Below, piece by piece: positions 27,075 through 35,920 of a stretch of 64,000 nt of DNA. This stretch comes from Phycisphaerae bacterium (GTDB taxonomy: Bacteria; Planctomycetota; Phycisphaerae; UBA1845; Fen-1342), in assembly GCA_050115495.1 (NCBI GenBank), contig JASFQK010000021.1:32001-96000 (forward strand), written 5' to 3'. The position numbers were made by a program, and so were the translations under genes. Numbering within the stretch: the stretch's first letter is position 1; every line of letters starts with the position of its first letter. Below the pieces are notes generated by a model. The model searched no databases. It saw nothing but the letters and a program-made list of their open reading frames with translations, and was not told where the DNA came from.

Positions 27075-28103
27075 TCACCCATACCCGGTGCGGGAGACGT
27101 GGCGGAGCAGTTCGACCTCGTGCACGCCGGCGGCGAGGCCCTTCACCTCGTAGCGGCCCTCGACGTCGGTGATCGCCCCAATGATGATGCCGGTCTCGTC
27201 CTGGGCCTTCACCATGACGTTCACGCCGGCGAGCGGCTTGCCGTCGAGGTCAGTCACGCGGCCGTCAATCTGTGCCCCGGACGAGCTTTCCAGCACGGCG
27301 GTCACGGTCGCGCCGGGAGCGAGTTCGACGATGCGGGCGAAGAGCGTCGCCTGGTATGGGATGTTCGAGCCGTACGCGTAACGGGTCACGCGGTAGCGCA
27401 GGCCCGGCGGAAACGGACCGAGGTGCCACGGTTCCTTGCTCCTCTTGTCGTCGTCCGACCGGTACGGCGGATAGATGTAGACGCGTGGCTCCACCTCTTC
27501 GTCGGCGGTGGACGCGGTCTCGGCCGATGAATCGCCGGCGGGCTGGGTCGTCGCGAGCCGAGGCAGCGGCGCAAGGTCGACGTCGACTGAGAAGGTGAGG
27601 GACTTGTCGGCGGGTTCGGGCAGTGGCCCGACGATGATGTCCGCCGGCGTGTCCATCTCGATCTTCAGGAAGCCCTCCGGGCAGTCCGCGGGCACCACGT
27701 CGGTACGGAGGACGAGGCCGGACTGGCGGTTGCCGGCGGCGAGGAACCAGGGCTCGCCGGGAGCGGCGAAGTTGCGAAGCGTGAAGCGGCCTTCGTCGTC
27801 GGTGAGGGCGTCGCAGAACATCCGCCCGTTGCGGACGGCGAAGACCTTCGGATCGCGCTGCTCCTCGCCGGAGCCGTCGAGGCTACCCTCGGGACCCACG
27901 CGGAGATAGCCCTTCTCGCGGTGAGCCATGAGGACCGGGATTCCCGCGAGCGGCTTGCCGTCGGCCTTGGAGACGACGATGCCCATCAACGTGTTGATGG
28001 CCGGTCTTCGCGGGGAATCCGCCACCGCCGACAGAAGCCACGTAACGGTCAGCACGAGGGCCAGCGCTGCCGGCCGAGCCTGGCGTGAGTACTTGCTGCA
28101 CAC
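27075..28103 (-). CDS. Exported carboxypeptidase-regulatory-like (Ig/transthyretin-fold) repeat protein
   Basis: Signal peptide; G.V...DGKPLAG..V...TD.EGR(F/Y) twice; ends at a TGA mid-domain. Confidence 0.82.
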   Translation of the reverse strand: MCSKYSRQARPAALALVLTVTWLLSAVADSPRRPAINTLMGIVVSKADGKPLAGIPVLMAHREKGYLRVGPEGSLDGSGEEQRDPKVFAVRNGRMFCDALTDDEGRFTLRNFAAPGEPWFLAAGNRQSGLVLRTDVVPADCPEGFLKIEMDTPADIIVGPLPEPADKSLTFSVDVDLAPLPRLATTQPAGDSSAETASTADEEVEPRVYIYPPYRSDDDKRSKEPWHLGPFPPGLRYRVTRYAYGSNIPYQATLFARIVELAPGATVTAVLESSSGAQIDGRVTDLDGKPLAGVNVMVKAQDETGIIIGAITDVEGRYEVKGLAAGVHEVELLRHVSRTGYG

Positions 28104-28134
28104 GGCGATTGCTCCACGAAACTTGACCTGATCC

Positions 28135-30135
28135 TCAATCCGTGTCCGTCGGCGACGAGCCGGCGGGCAGCGCGTAACGTTCGACCTTGCGGGCGAGCTC
28201 GGCGATCAACCAGAGCTCCTGGCCGTCGTGAACCACGAAGCATTGCCAGCACTCGCGGCAGGGAGCGATGGCATCCAGGTCGTACCACTTGGGCGGGTCG
28301 GCGGCGGTGTCCAGGAGAAGGTTGTGAGGAGCTGCGAGACTGTGCGTTACGGCGAGAACATAACGCCCGCTGTAGACGATCCGGCGCCAGTCGAGCCACT
28401 CCTCGCCCGTGCTGGGCACCTTGATAGTCTTCAGCGGTTCGCCCGCCGAGTTGTAGAGGCTGATGACGCCGCGCTCCGCTCCCCGGCGCGAACCCATGTT
28501 GAACGAACCGGTAGCCAGAGCCAGCGAACCGTCCGGCGCCACGGCCGAGGCCTCGATCCAGTCGAGCCAGGTGTCATCCGGCTTTCGCCGGAGGCAGGTC
28601 AGAACCGTGTTGTCCTCGTCGACGAGATAGGCCTCTCTTTCGGCGATAACCCAGAAGCGTTGACTGTGGGGCTGGTAGCAGACGCGGCTATTGGAATACC
28701 CCATGTCTTCCTGTATGGCCGGCAGCGTGCGGAAGCCGACGCGCTCGCCGCTGGGCGAGAACTCCAGCCTACCAACAAAGACGGACCCGTCGCCAGCCAC
28801 GTTGACGTTGCCGTGGAAACTCCACCAGCCCTTGAAGTCGTCCGGGTCGGGATGGAGCTGACGGACACATTGGCCGCTGGAATCGAAGATGTGCGTCCTG
28901 CCCCCCTGCGACTCGGCGATGTAGATCATGCCTTGCTGGTCGACGGCCACGTCGCCGATCGCGCCCAGCCGGGGCACACCAGGGGTCTCGCCCAGGATGA
29001 GGGCGACGAAATCGGACCGCCAACTGAACCGGAGTCTGATCGTTCCGAGGTGGCGCAGCGTCAGGGAATCCAGCTTGTCGGTCTGCTCCTCGGGCAAGGC
29101 ACACGTGGTCGGGTTGTACGTAGCGCGACCGTGCTCCGTAACCTGCCAGCCGTCCGCGACATTTCCCTCAATCTCGAAGGTGACGCGCTGATTCTCCTTC
29201 ACGAACCAAAGGTCGAAGCAGCGGGGTTCATCCGTGCGCAGGATGGCGCCATTCTTGTTGATCTCGCCCTCGATCTGGCTCAGCCGCGCAAGCTCGAGGC
29301 GGTCCGTCCGCTCGTCCAGTCGTTTGCGGTACTCGCTGTACTCCGGGTAATCGCCGGGACGGTCCAGCTCCCAGACCGGCTCTCCCACCGGGTCGATCAG
29401 GTTGTAGCAGCCGCCGGTGGCGCGGACTTGCTGGGCGGGAATATTCCACTTCGTGTATTCCCAATTGACGAGGATCAACGGTGTGCCGGCGACCGGCTTG
29501 GCGCTACGAATGAACCAGAGCTCGAAATCGCCTTCGGTCGGATGCGCGAAGGTGAACTCGTCCAGCAGCTTACCGTCGGAGAGCTGATAGGTGCACCAGG
29601 TCTCGCTCTGCAGAAACCAGCCTCCTTCCTCCAACCGGACGATGAAGCGGTCGTTTTCGGGATCGAGCATGAAGCCGTTGACGTTCCGGTCGACGGTGGA
29701 TGCATCGCTGGGCTGTCCCCGCCGGGGCAGGACGTCGTTCATCCGCAGTTCGCCCCGGGCATCGAGGATGACCAGATGCGCCTTGCCGTCCTCGCGCGCT
29801 TTCCGGTCCACCGGGCGGTTCTCGTAGCCAAGCGAGTAGGCGTAGCCGGCGACGATTCCGTCGTCGCCGACCGCGCAGTCCCAGAGCGTGAACGGCAGCG
29901 TCTTGGCCCAGACCTCCGCCCCGTCGTGCGTCATGCGGTAACGACCCTCCCCCTGGCCATACATCGTGCTCGGGTCCACGCGTAGCGCATAGGCACCCAA
30001 CGCCGACTTGTACGTCTTCGGGTTCAGCGTAACGCGTGAGATCCGCCCGGCGGCGGCAGGTGGCGCGAGCCACGCGGCCACGGCCATGACCGTCAGCATC
30101 ATCAGCCAGGCTCGGTTCAAGCACCTGTTGCCCAC
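28135..30135 (-). CDS. Exported NHL/beta-propeller-like protein, paralogue 4 (internally shortened)
   Basis: LNPKTY..VDPSTMYG..PFTLW N-domain; DVAVDQQGMIYIAE; ends DGQELW...ERYALP. Confidence 0.8.
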   Translation of the reverse strand: MGNRCLNRAWLMMLTVMAVAAWLAPPAAAGRISRVTLNPKTYKSALGAYALRVDPSTMYGQGEGRYRMTHDGAEVWAKTLPFTLWDCAVGDDGIVAGYAYSLGYENRPVDRKAREDGKAHLVILDARGELRMNDVLPRRGQPSDASTVDRNVNGFMLDPENDRFIVRLEEGGWFLQSETWCTYQLSDGKLLDEFTFAHPTEGDFELWFIRSAKPVAGTPLILVNWEYTKWNIPAQQVRATGGCYNLIDPVGEPVWELDRPGDYPEYSEYRKRLDERTDRLELARLSQIEGEINKNGAILRTDEPRCFDLWFVKENQRVTFEIEGNVADGWQVTEHGRATYNPTTCALPEEQTDKLDSLTLRHLGTIRLRFSWRSDFVALILGETPGVPRLGAIGDVAVDQQGMIYIAESQGGRTHIFDSSGQCVRQLHPDPDDFKGWWSFHGNVNVAGDGSVFVGRLEFSPSGERVGFRTLPAIQEDMGYSNSRVCYQPHSQRFWVIAEREAYLVDEDNTVLTCLRRKPDDTWLDWIEASAVAPDGSLALATGSFNMGSRRGAERGVISLYNSAGEPLKTIKVPSTGEEWLDWRRIVYSGRYVLAVTHSLAAPHNLLLDTAADPPKWYDLDAIAPCRECWQCFVVHDGQELWLIAELARKVERYALPAGSSPTDTD

Positions 30136-30166
30136 GGCGATTGCTCCACGAAGCGCGACCTGTTCC

Positions 30167-33007
30167 TCAATCCGTGCCCCGCGACGACGAGCCGGCGGGT
30201 AGCGCAAAGCGTTCGATCTTGCGGGCCGTCTCGGCGAACAACCAGAGCTCCTGCCCGTCACGCACCACGAAGCAATGCCATTGCTCGCTGTACGGGGCGA
30301 AGGCACCGACGTCGTACCATTTCGGCGGGTCGACGGCGGTATCCAGGAGCAGGCAGCGCGAGTCCCCGAAGCCGGACGGGGCGACCAGGACGTACCGCCC
30401 GGTGTGAGCGAGTCCGTGGCAGCCGAACCGCCGCTCACCGATGTTGGGCAGCGCAACGGTCTTCACCGGCTCGCCCGACGGGCTGTACAGGTTGATGGTG
30501 CGCTGGTCGAGCTCCCAATGCGGGCGGATGCCGAAAGGACCCGCCGCCACGGCCAGTGAACCGTCCGGCGCCACCGCCGCGGCTTCGACCCGGTCGAGCC
30601 AGTTGTTGTCCGGCTTTCGCCGGAGGCACGTCACAACCTCGTTGTCCTCGCCGATGAGATAGACCTCTTCCCAACAAATCGCCCAGCAGCGTGAGCCGTG
30701 CGGCTGGTGCACGAAGCGGCCGTCGTAGTACTCCGGCTCTTCGGTCCCCTCGGGCGGCTTGTGGAAGCCAACACGCTCGCCGGCGGGCGAGAACTCCAGC
30801 CTGCTGATGAAGACGCGACCGTCGCCGATGACGTCGATGTCGAGGCCCGCGCCGTTCTCGAAATCGTCCGGGTTGGGGCTGAGCAGCCGGACGGGCCGGC
30901 CCTCGGCGTCGAACACGTGCGTGATGCCATGGCGCGCGTCGGCGATGTAGATCGTGCCCTGCTGATCGATGGCCACACCGCCGACGTCGCGAAGCTGGCG
31001 TGCGTCGGGCGCCTCGCCCAGGATGCGGGTGACGACGCCGCCCGGCCCAAGCTGGAGGAAGGAATGCCGGTCGCAAACCCACAGCACGCCGTGGCGATCC
31101 ACGCAGGCGGCCGTACCGTCCGGATCGCTGGCCGGCTGGGCGGACCAGCCGTCGACGTGGCGGGGATCGAACTTGTCACGCACGGTCCAGTCGGCGTTGA
31201 TACGCCACACACGCGGCGACGACATTTCGAGTACGACGACCAATCCGTCATCGGCGTCCGCAGTGATGAACTCCACAAAGGGGTACTCCTCGCCGAAGAG
31301 CGCCGCGCAGTCACGTGTCTCCAACACGCGCCCGTCGAGCGATACCACGCTGACCGTGGCCCCGCCGTAGCCGAGCTGGGCGATGATGCGGCCCTGGGTC
31401 GTGACGGTCACGCCGAGGACGACGTCCCCCGGGGCCACACGCCAGCGTTCCTTGCCGGCCGCGTCGAAAGCGGCCAGCTCCTCGCGCTCTTCCTCGCCAC
31501 ACCCGGGGAAGATCGCCGCCACAAAGCCGCCATCATGCGTCGAGGCGACCCATCGGGCGCCCTGCCCGGTGAACGGCAGAATCTCCTCCTGCTGGCCGGT
31601 CGCAACGTTCAGCCACCAGGCCCGCGTCCTGCTGTCGATCGATTTGCCACCCTCGTCCTTTCGCCATGTGCAGGCCACCAGCAGCCAGCGGTCGCCGGTG
31701 ATCCACGTGGCCGTCGGGACGTTGTAGTCGTCGCCGAACAGCGCGCTGAGGCCCGCGGTGCGAACGACCGTGCCGGCGGAGTCGATCAGGACGAACGTGG
31801 TGGAGTGGTCCGTCTCTTGGCGGAGGAAGCCGATCCGCCCGCCTTCGTCGATGTCGAAGTGCTCGATGTCGCGGATTTCGGGGGCGGGCTGTGCGTCGGA
31901 CTGGAGCTCGATCGTCCCCAGGTGCCGCAGCGTCAGGGCGTCCAGCTTGTCGATCTGCTCTTCGGGCGAGGGACGCGAGGTCGGGCTGTACGCCGCGCGC
32001 CCGCACTCCGTGACCCGCCAGCCGCCGGCCGCGTCGCCGTCGATCTCGAAGGTGGCGCGCTGGTTCTCCTTCACGAGCCAGACGTCGAAGCGGCGCGGTT
32101 GGTCCGCGCGCAGGATGGTGCCGTTCCGGCCGATCTCCTGATCGATCTTCTCCAGACGCTCAATCTCGGCGGCGTCCTTCTCCGGGTCCAGCCGCTCGCC
32201 GTACTCGTAGCACAGCGGGTAGTCGCCGGGACGTTCCAGTTCCCAGACCGATTCCCCCGCCGAATCGATCAGGTTGAAGCATATGCCCGTGGCCCGGACC
32301 TCGCTCTCGACGTCATCCCAGTCCCGGTAGCTCCAATTGACGAGGATGAGCGGCGTGCCGGGAATCAGCCGGACGCCGAGAATGTGCCAGAACTCGTTCT
32401 CGCTCTTGGCCGGATGGGCGAAGACGAACTCGTCCAGCAGCTTGCCGTCGGAAAGCTGATAGACGCGCCAGGTCTCGCTGTGTGACGCCCAGCGCCCCTC
32501 ACGCAACCGGACGATGAAGCGATCGTTGGCCGGATCGAAGAGGAAGCCGTTAACGTCTCGATCGATCGACGAAAAGTCGGTATTTACCCCGTGGCGGGGA
32601 AGGACGTCACACACCCGCAACTCACCGCGGGCATCGAGAATGACCAGATACAGCTTGCCATCCTCGGGCGATTCCCGGTCCAACGAGTAATTCTCTTTGC
32701 CGAGCGAGTAGGCGTAGCCGGCGACGATCCCGTCGTCGCCGACCGCGCAGTCCCAAAGCGTGAACGGCAACGTCTTCGCCCAAACCTCCGCCCGGTCGCG
32801 CATCATCCGGTAGCGGCCCTCCCCCTGGCCGTACATTGTGCTCGGGTCCACGTGCAGCGTGTGCGTGCCCGACGCAGAGGTGTACGTTTTCGGGTTGAGG
32901 ATGTCGCGTCCCAGACGCCGGGCGGCGGCAGGCGGCGTCAGCCACGCCGCGGCCAGCACGACGGACAGCATCAACAGCCGGGCTCGGTTCATGTACATCT
33001 TGCTCAC
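30167..33007 (-). CDS. Exported NHL/beta-propeller-like protein, paralogue 3
   Basis: Same N-domain; GVAIDQQGTIYIAD; ends DGQELW...ERFALP. Confidence 0.8.
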   Translation of the reverse strand: MSKMYMNRARLLMLSVVLAAAWLTPPAAARRLGRDILNPKTYTSASGTHTLHVDPSTMYGQGEGRYRMMRDRAEVWAKTLPFTLWDCAVGDDGIVAGYAYSLGKENYSLDRESPEDGKLYLVILDARGELRVCDVLPRHGVNTDFSSIDRDVNGFLFDPANDRFIVRLREGRWASHSETWRVYQLSDGKLLDEFVFAHPAKSENEFWHILGVRLIPGTPLILVNWSYRDWDDVESEVRATGICFNLIDSAGESVWELERPGDYPLCYEYGERLDPEKDAAEIERLEKIDQEIGRNGTILRADQPRRFDVWLVKENQRATFEIDGDAAGGWRVTECGRAAYSPTSRPSPEEQIDKLDALTLRHLGTIELQSDAQPAPEIRDIEHFDIDEGGRIGFLRQETDHSTTFVLIDSAGTVVRTAGLSALFGDDYNVPTATWITGDRWLLVACTWRKDEGGKSIDSRTRAWWLNVATGQQEEILPFTGQGARWVASTHDGGFVAAIFPGCGEEEREELAAFDAAGKERWRVAPGDVVLGVTVTTQGRIIAQLGYGGATVSVVSLDGRVLETRDCAALFGEEYPFVEFITADADDGLVVVLEMSSPRVWRINADWTVRDKFDPRHVDGWSAQPASDPDGTAACVDRHGVLWVCDRHSFLQLGPGGVVTRILGEAPDARQLRDVGGVAIDQQGTIYIADARHGITHVFDAEGRPVRLLSPNPDDFENGAGLDIDVIGDGRVFISRLEFSPAGERVGFHKPPEGTEEPEYYDGRFVHQPHGSRCWAICWEEVYLIGEDNEVVTCLRRKPDNNWLDRVEAAAVAPDGSLAVAAGPFGIRPHWELDQRTINLYSPSGEPVKTVALPNIGERRFGCHGLAHTGRYVLVAPSGFGDSRCLLLDTAVDPPKWYDVGAFAPYSEQWHCFVVRDGQELWLFAETARKIERFALPAGSSSRGTD

Positions 33008-33038
33008 GACGATTGCTCCACGAAACGTAACCCGATCC

Positions 33039-35888
33039 TCAATCCGTGCCCTGCGCCGACGAGCCGGCGGGTAGCGCGAAACGTTCGACCTTGCGGGCGT
33101 TCTCGGCGAACATCCACAACTCGCGGCCGTCGTGGACGAAGAAGGCCCGCCAGCGGTCGTCGTAGGGCGCCAGTGAGTCAACCTCGTACCATTTCGGCGG
33201 GTTCGCGGCGGTGTCGAGCAACAGGCGGCGTCCGTCCTCCCCCCCGTGCGGCCCGGTGAGCACGTAGCGTCCGTTGTAGGCGAGCGTCCGCCATGTCTTC
33301 CACTCGTAATCGACGTTCGGCGGCGGTGCGGTGACCAGCGGTTCGCCGGTCGGCCCGTAGGTGCTCACCCCGGGCGGCGCGGGCGCCAAGAGCCACGAGG
33401 CCGCACTCGCCACCGCCAACCCGCCGTCCGGCCCGAAGGCGGCCGCGGAGATCGTATCGAGCCAGCAGCGGTCGGGCCGGCGATGAATCGTCCGGAGGAC
33501 GGTGTTGTCATCGCCCACCAGCTTGACGCCATCCGTGGAGACCACCCAGCAACGCCCCCCACTCGGCTGGTAGAACACGCCGCTCCCAAGCTGGTCCGGC
33601 TCGTCTGTCCCCTCGGGCGGCTTGCGGAAGCCGATCCGCTCGCCGCTCGGCGAGAACTCGAGGCCGCCGACGAAGATGCGGCCGTCCGCCGCCACGTCGA
33701 TCGCCGGACAGACGACCGCCCAGGAGCCCTCCCAAATCGGCCGATCCGGGACAACCGTCAGCAACCGCCTGGAGTCTTCCGGCGAGGGGCGGAGTATGCG
33801 CACACGCCGGCCAGCGGAGTCGAAGACGTGCGCGAACCGGTTGCGCTGCTCGACAACGCAGATCATCCGGTCCGCGCCGACCGCCACGTCGGAGACCCGG
33901 CGGAGGGCGGGCGTTTCCGGAGATTCGCCGATGACGCGGTCAACCACGTCCTCGTCGTCCAGGCACATCAGGCAGGCCCCATCGGTGGTCCACACCTTGC
34001 CGGCGGCGTCGACGCGAACGCCGTTGCGGGCCACGTCGACCTTCCACCCGCTGGCGCACCGTATCCACAGTTTCCGTTGGTAGCTCCAGTCCGAGTGGAC
34101 GTGCCAAATCGGCCCGTGCTCGAAGTGCACGTAAACGCCGCCTTCATGGTCCGGAGCGACGGACGTCATCCAGGCACCCTCCTCGCCAAACACGACGCTG
34201 CATTCGTCGCAGCGACGGAAGGTCCCGTCCGCATCGAGAACCGAGACGCAGCGACCGCCGCAGTACGGGATGATGACCTGGCCCTCGCTGGTGACCACCA
34301 GCCCCGACGCGTTGTCCAGCCAGTCTGAGTCCGGCACGAAGCGCCACGTCTCGTTGCCCTCGCCGTCATACATGGCAACGTACGTCTTCGCGTCCCGGCT
34401 GGTGGCGTCGTCCACGATGGCCACGAACCCGCCCCGCCCGTTGCCGGCCACGCGTTCGAGCCAGGACTCGCGGATCTCCACGATCGACCGTACACGCAAC
34501 GCCGGCGTCTCCAACGTCCAGACGCGGGCGATCGGCGTACGCTGACCGTCGCCGGCCACATCCCACGTCGTGCCGGCGAGGAGCCAGCGGTTTCGGCCGA
34601 GACAGGCCAATTCGAGATTCCGGAACTGCGTCTGCCCGAGCAGCTCGCGCGGGTCGAGCGCAGCGGCCACGGTGCCGCCCGGCTCCACCAGCAGCAACGT
34701 CTGCGTCTCATCAGTGCTGCCACGCAAAACAGCGATCCGGCCCTCATCGTCGAGCTCGAAGTCGGTGACGTCGCGGACCTCCGGGAGCGGCTGCGACTCG
34801 GGCTCCAGCGTGATCGTGCCCACGTGCGGCAACGTCAGCGGGTCGGGCGGAGCCGGCTGCGTGGTGACCAGGTCGGGGGCGGCGGCGGGAACATCGAAGT
34901 CCTCGCGGCCCACCTCCGTGACGCGCCAACCGTCCTCACCGTCGCGCTCGACGCGGAACGTGATGCGCTGCGCCGCTTTCACGGAGAAGACGTCGAACTG
35001 CCCCGGTTGATCCACCTCCACAATCACCCCGTTCTCCCTGATCCACTCGCGGATACGGCGGCGGCGCTGGACCTCCGCGGCGGCCTGCTCGTCACCCGCC
35101 GCTTGCTCATCGTCTGCGGGCTCCATGTAGTCGCCGGGAAAAGACTGTGTCCAGACCAGTTCACCCGCCCAGTTGATCAGCGTGCACTCAGCTCCAACGT
35201 CGCGGAAATCAAGGGCGTATTCGCCCCACTTCGCGTACATCCAGTACACGAGGAGCAACGGGGTACCGGCGATCGGACGCATGGTCTGCAAGCCCCAGTA
35301 CGTGTTCTCGTCCTCTTCCGGGTGGCCGAAGTCGAACTCGTCGACAAACGTGCCGTCGGACAGGGCGAAGATCTGCCAGGTTTCCCCCGACGATAAGCGT
35401 AGGCCAGGTCTGCTCGAGCGGACGAGCAAACGGTCGTTGCCGGCGTCGGCGACCAGCTCGATGGTCCGCAGGTCCAGCCTGTACCCCCACTCGCTTGAGT
35501 CCCGCTGCGGCAAGCCGGTGTTCAATCGCTGCGAGCCGTCCGGACCGATGATGACCAGGCACACCCGGCCCACCTGATCCGCAGGCCCCACGCCGTTCCA
35601 GTTGCCAGCGCAGGCGTAGCCGGCAACGAAGCCGTTGTCGGTGATCACTGCCTCCCGAAGCGTGAACGGACGCGTGCCGGCCCAGACCTCCGCGCCATCA
35701 CGGGTCAGCCGATATGTGCCCTCGCCCAACCCGTAGATCGTACCCGGGTCCACGTCCAGCACGTACGCCCCCGACGGCGAAGTATACGTCTTTGGATTAA
35801 GAATCATCTCCCCGTCGCGATCCGCGACCGCCGGCGACGCCAGCCATGCGACGACCAAGACTAGGGCGATCATCTGCTCCAGTCGCAC
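33039..35888 (-). CDS. Exported NHL/beta-propeller-like protein, paralogue 2
   Basis: GGAGG RBS, signal peptide, same N-domain; GVRVDAAGKVW; ends DGRELW...ERFALP. Confidence 0.8.
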   Translation of the reverse strand: MRLEQMIALVLVVAWLASPAVADRDGEMILNPKTYTSPSGAYVLDVDPGTIYGLGEGTYRLTRDGAEVWAGTRPFTLREAVITDNGFVAGYACAGNWNGVGPADQVGRVCLVIIGPDGSQRLNTGLPQRDSSEWGYRLDLRTIELVADAGNDRLLVRSSRPGLRLSSGETWQIFALSDGTFVDEFDFGHPEEDENTYWGLQTMRPIAGTPLLLVYWMYAKWGEYALDFRDVGAECTLINWAGELVWTQSFPGDYMEPADDEQAAGDEQAAAEVQRRRRIREWIRENGVIVEVDQPGQFDVFSVKAAQRITFRVERDGEDGWRVTEVGREDFDVPAAAPDLVTTQPAPPDPLTLPHVGTITLEPESQPLPEVRDVTDFELDDEGRIAVLRGSTDETQTLLLVEPGGTVAAALDPRELLGQTQFRNLELACLGRNRWLLAGTTWDVAGDGQRTPIARVWTLETPALRVRSIVEIRESWLERVAGNGRGGFVAIVDDATSRDAKTYVAMYDGEGNETWRFVPDSDWLDNASGLVVTSEGQVIIPYCGGRCVSVLDADGTFRRCDECSVVFGEEGAWMTSVAPDHEGGVYVHFEHGPIWHVHSDWSYQRKLWIRCASGWKVDVARNGVRVDAAGKVWTTDGACLMCLDDEDVVDRVIGESPETPALRRVSDVAVGADRMICVVEQRNRFAHVFDSAGRRVRILRPSPEDSRRLLTVVPDRPIWEGSWAVVCPAIDVAADGRIFVGGLEFSPSGERIGFRKPPEGTDEPDQLGSGVFYQPSGGRCWVVSTDGVKLVGDDNTVLRTIHRRPDRCWLDTISAAAFGPDGGLAVASAASWLLAPAPPGVSTYGPTGEPLVTAPPPNVDYEWKTWRTLAYNGRYVLTGPHGGEDGRRLLLDTAANPPKWYEVDSLAPYDDRWRAFFVHDGRELWMFAENARKVERFALPAGSSAQGTD

Positions 35889-35920
35889 GGTATGTCCTCC
35901 CTCTCTGGCGAACTGCCAGC

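Larger units (their letters stand above)
28101..33160 (-). repeat. Three copies of a conserved gene junction (3' end + stop + 31-nt spacer + GTG start)
   Basis: Spacers 28104-28134, 30136-30166 and 33008-33038 are all 31 nt and contain TTCGTGGAGCAATCG(C/T)C before GTG; each upstream gene ends PAGSS..TD-TGA. Confidence 0.9.

Noticed and set aside
27075..27077. Genome-wide UGA reassignment
   Set aside because: Many genes here clearly terminate at TGA (e.g. the ECF sigma, response regulator and porin)
30136..30456. Long N-terminal extensions of array ORFs in the ORF track (to 30456 and 33181)
   Set aside because: They overlap the upstream paralogue's 3' end; the conserved RBS and signal peptides place the starts at 30135 and 33007
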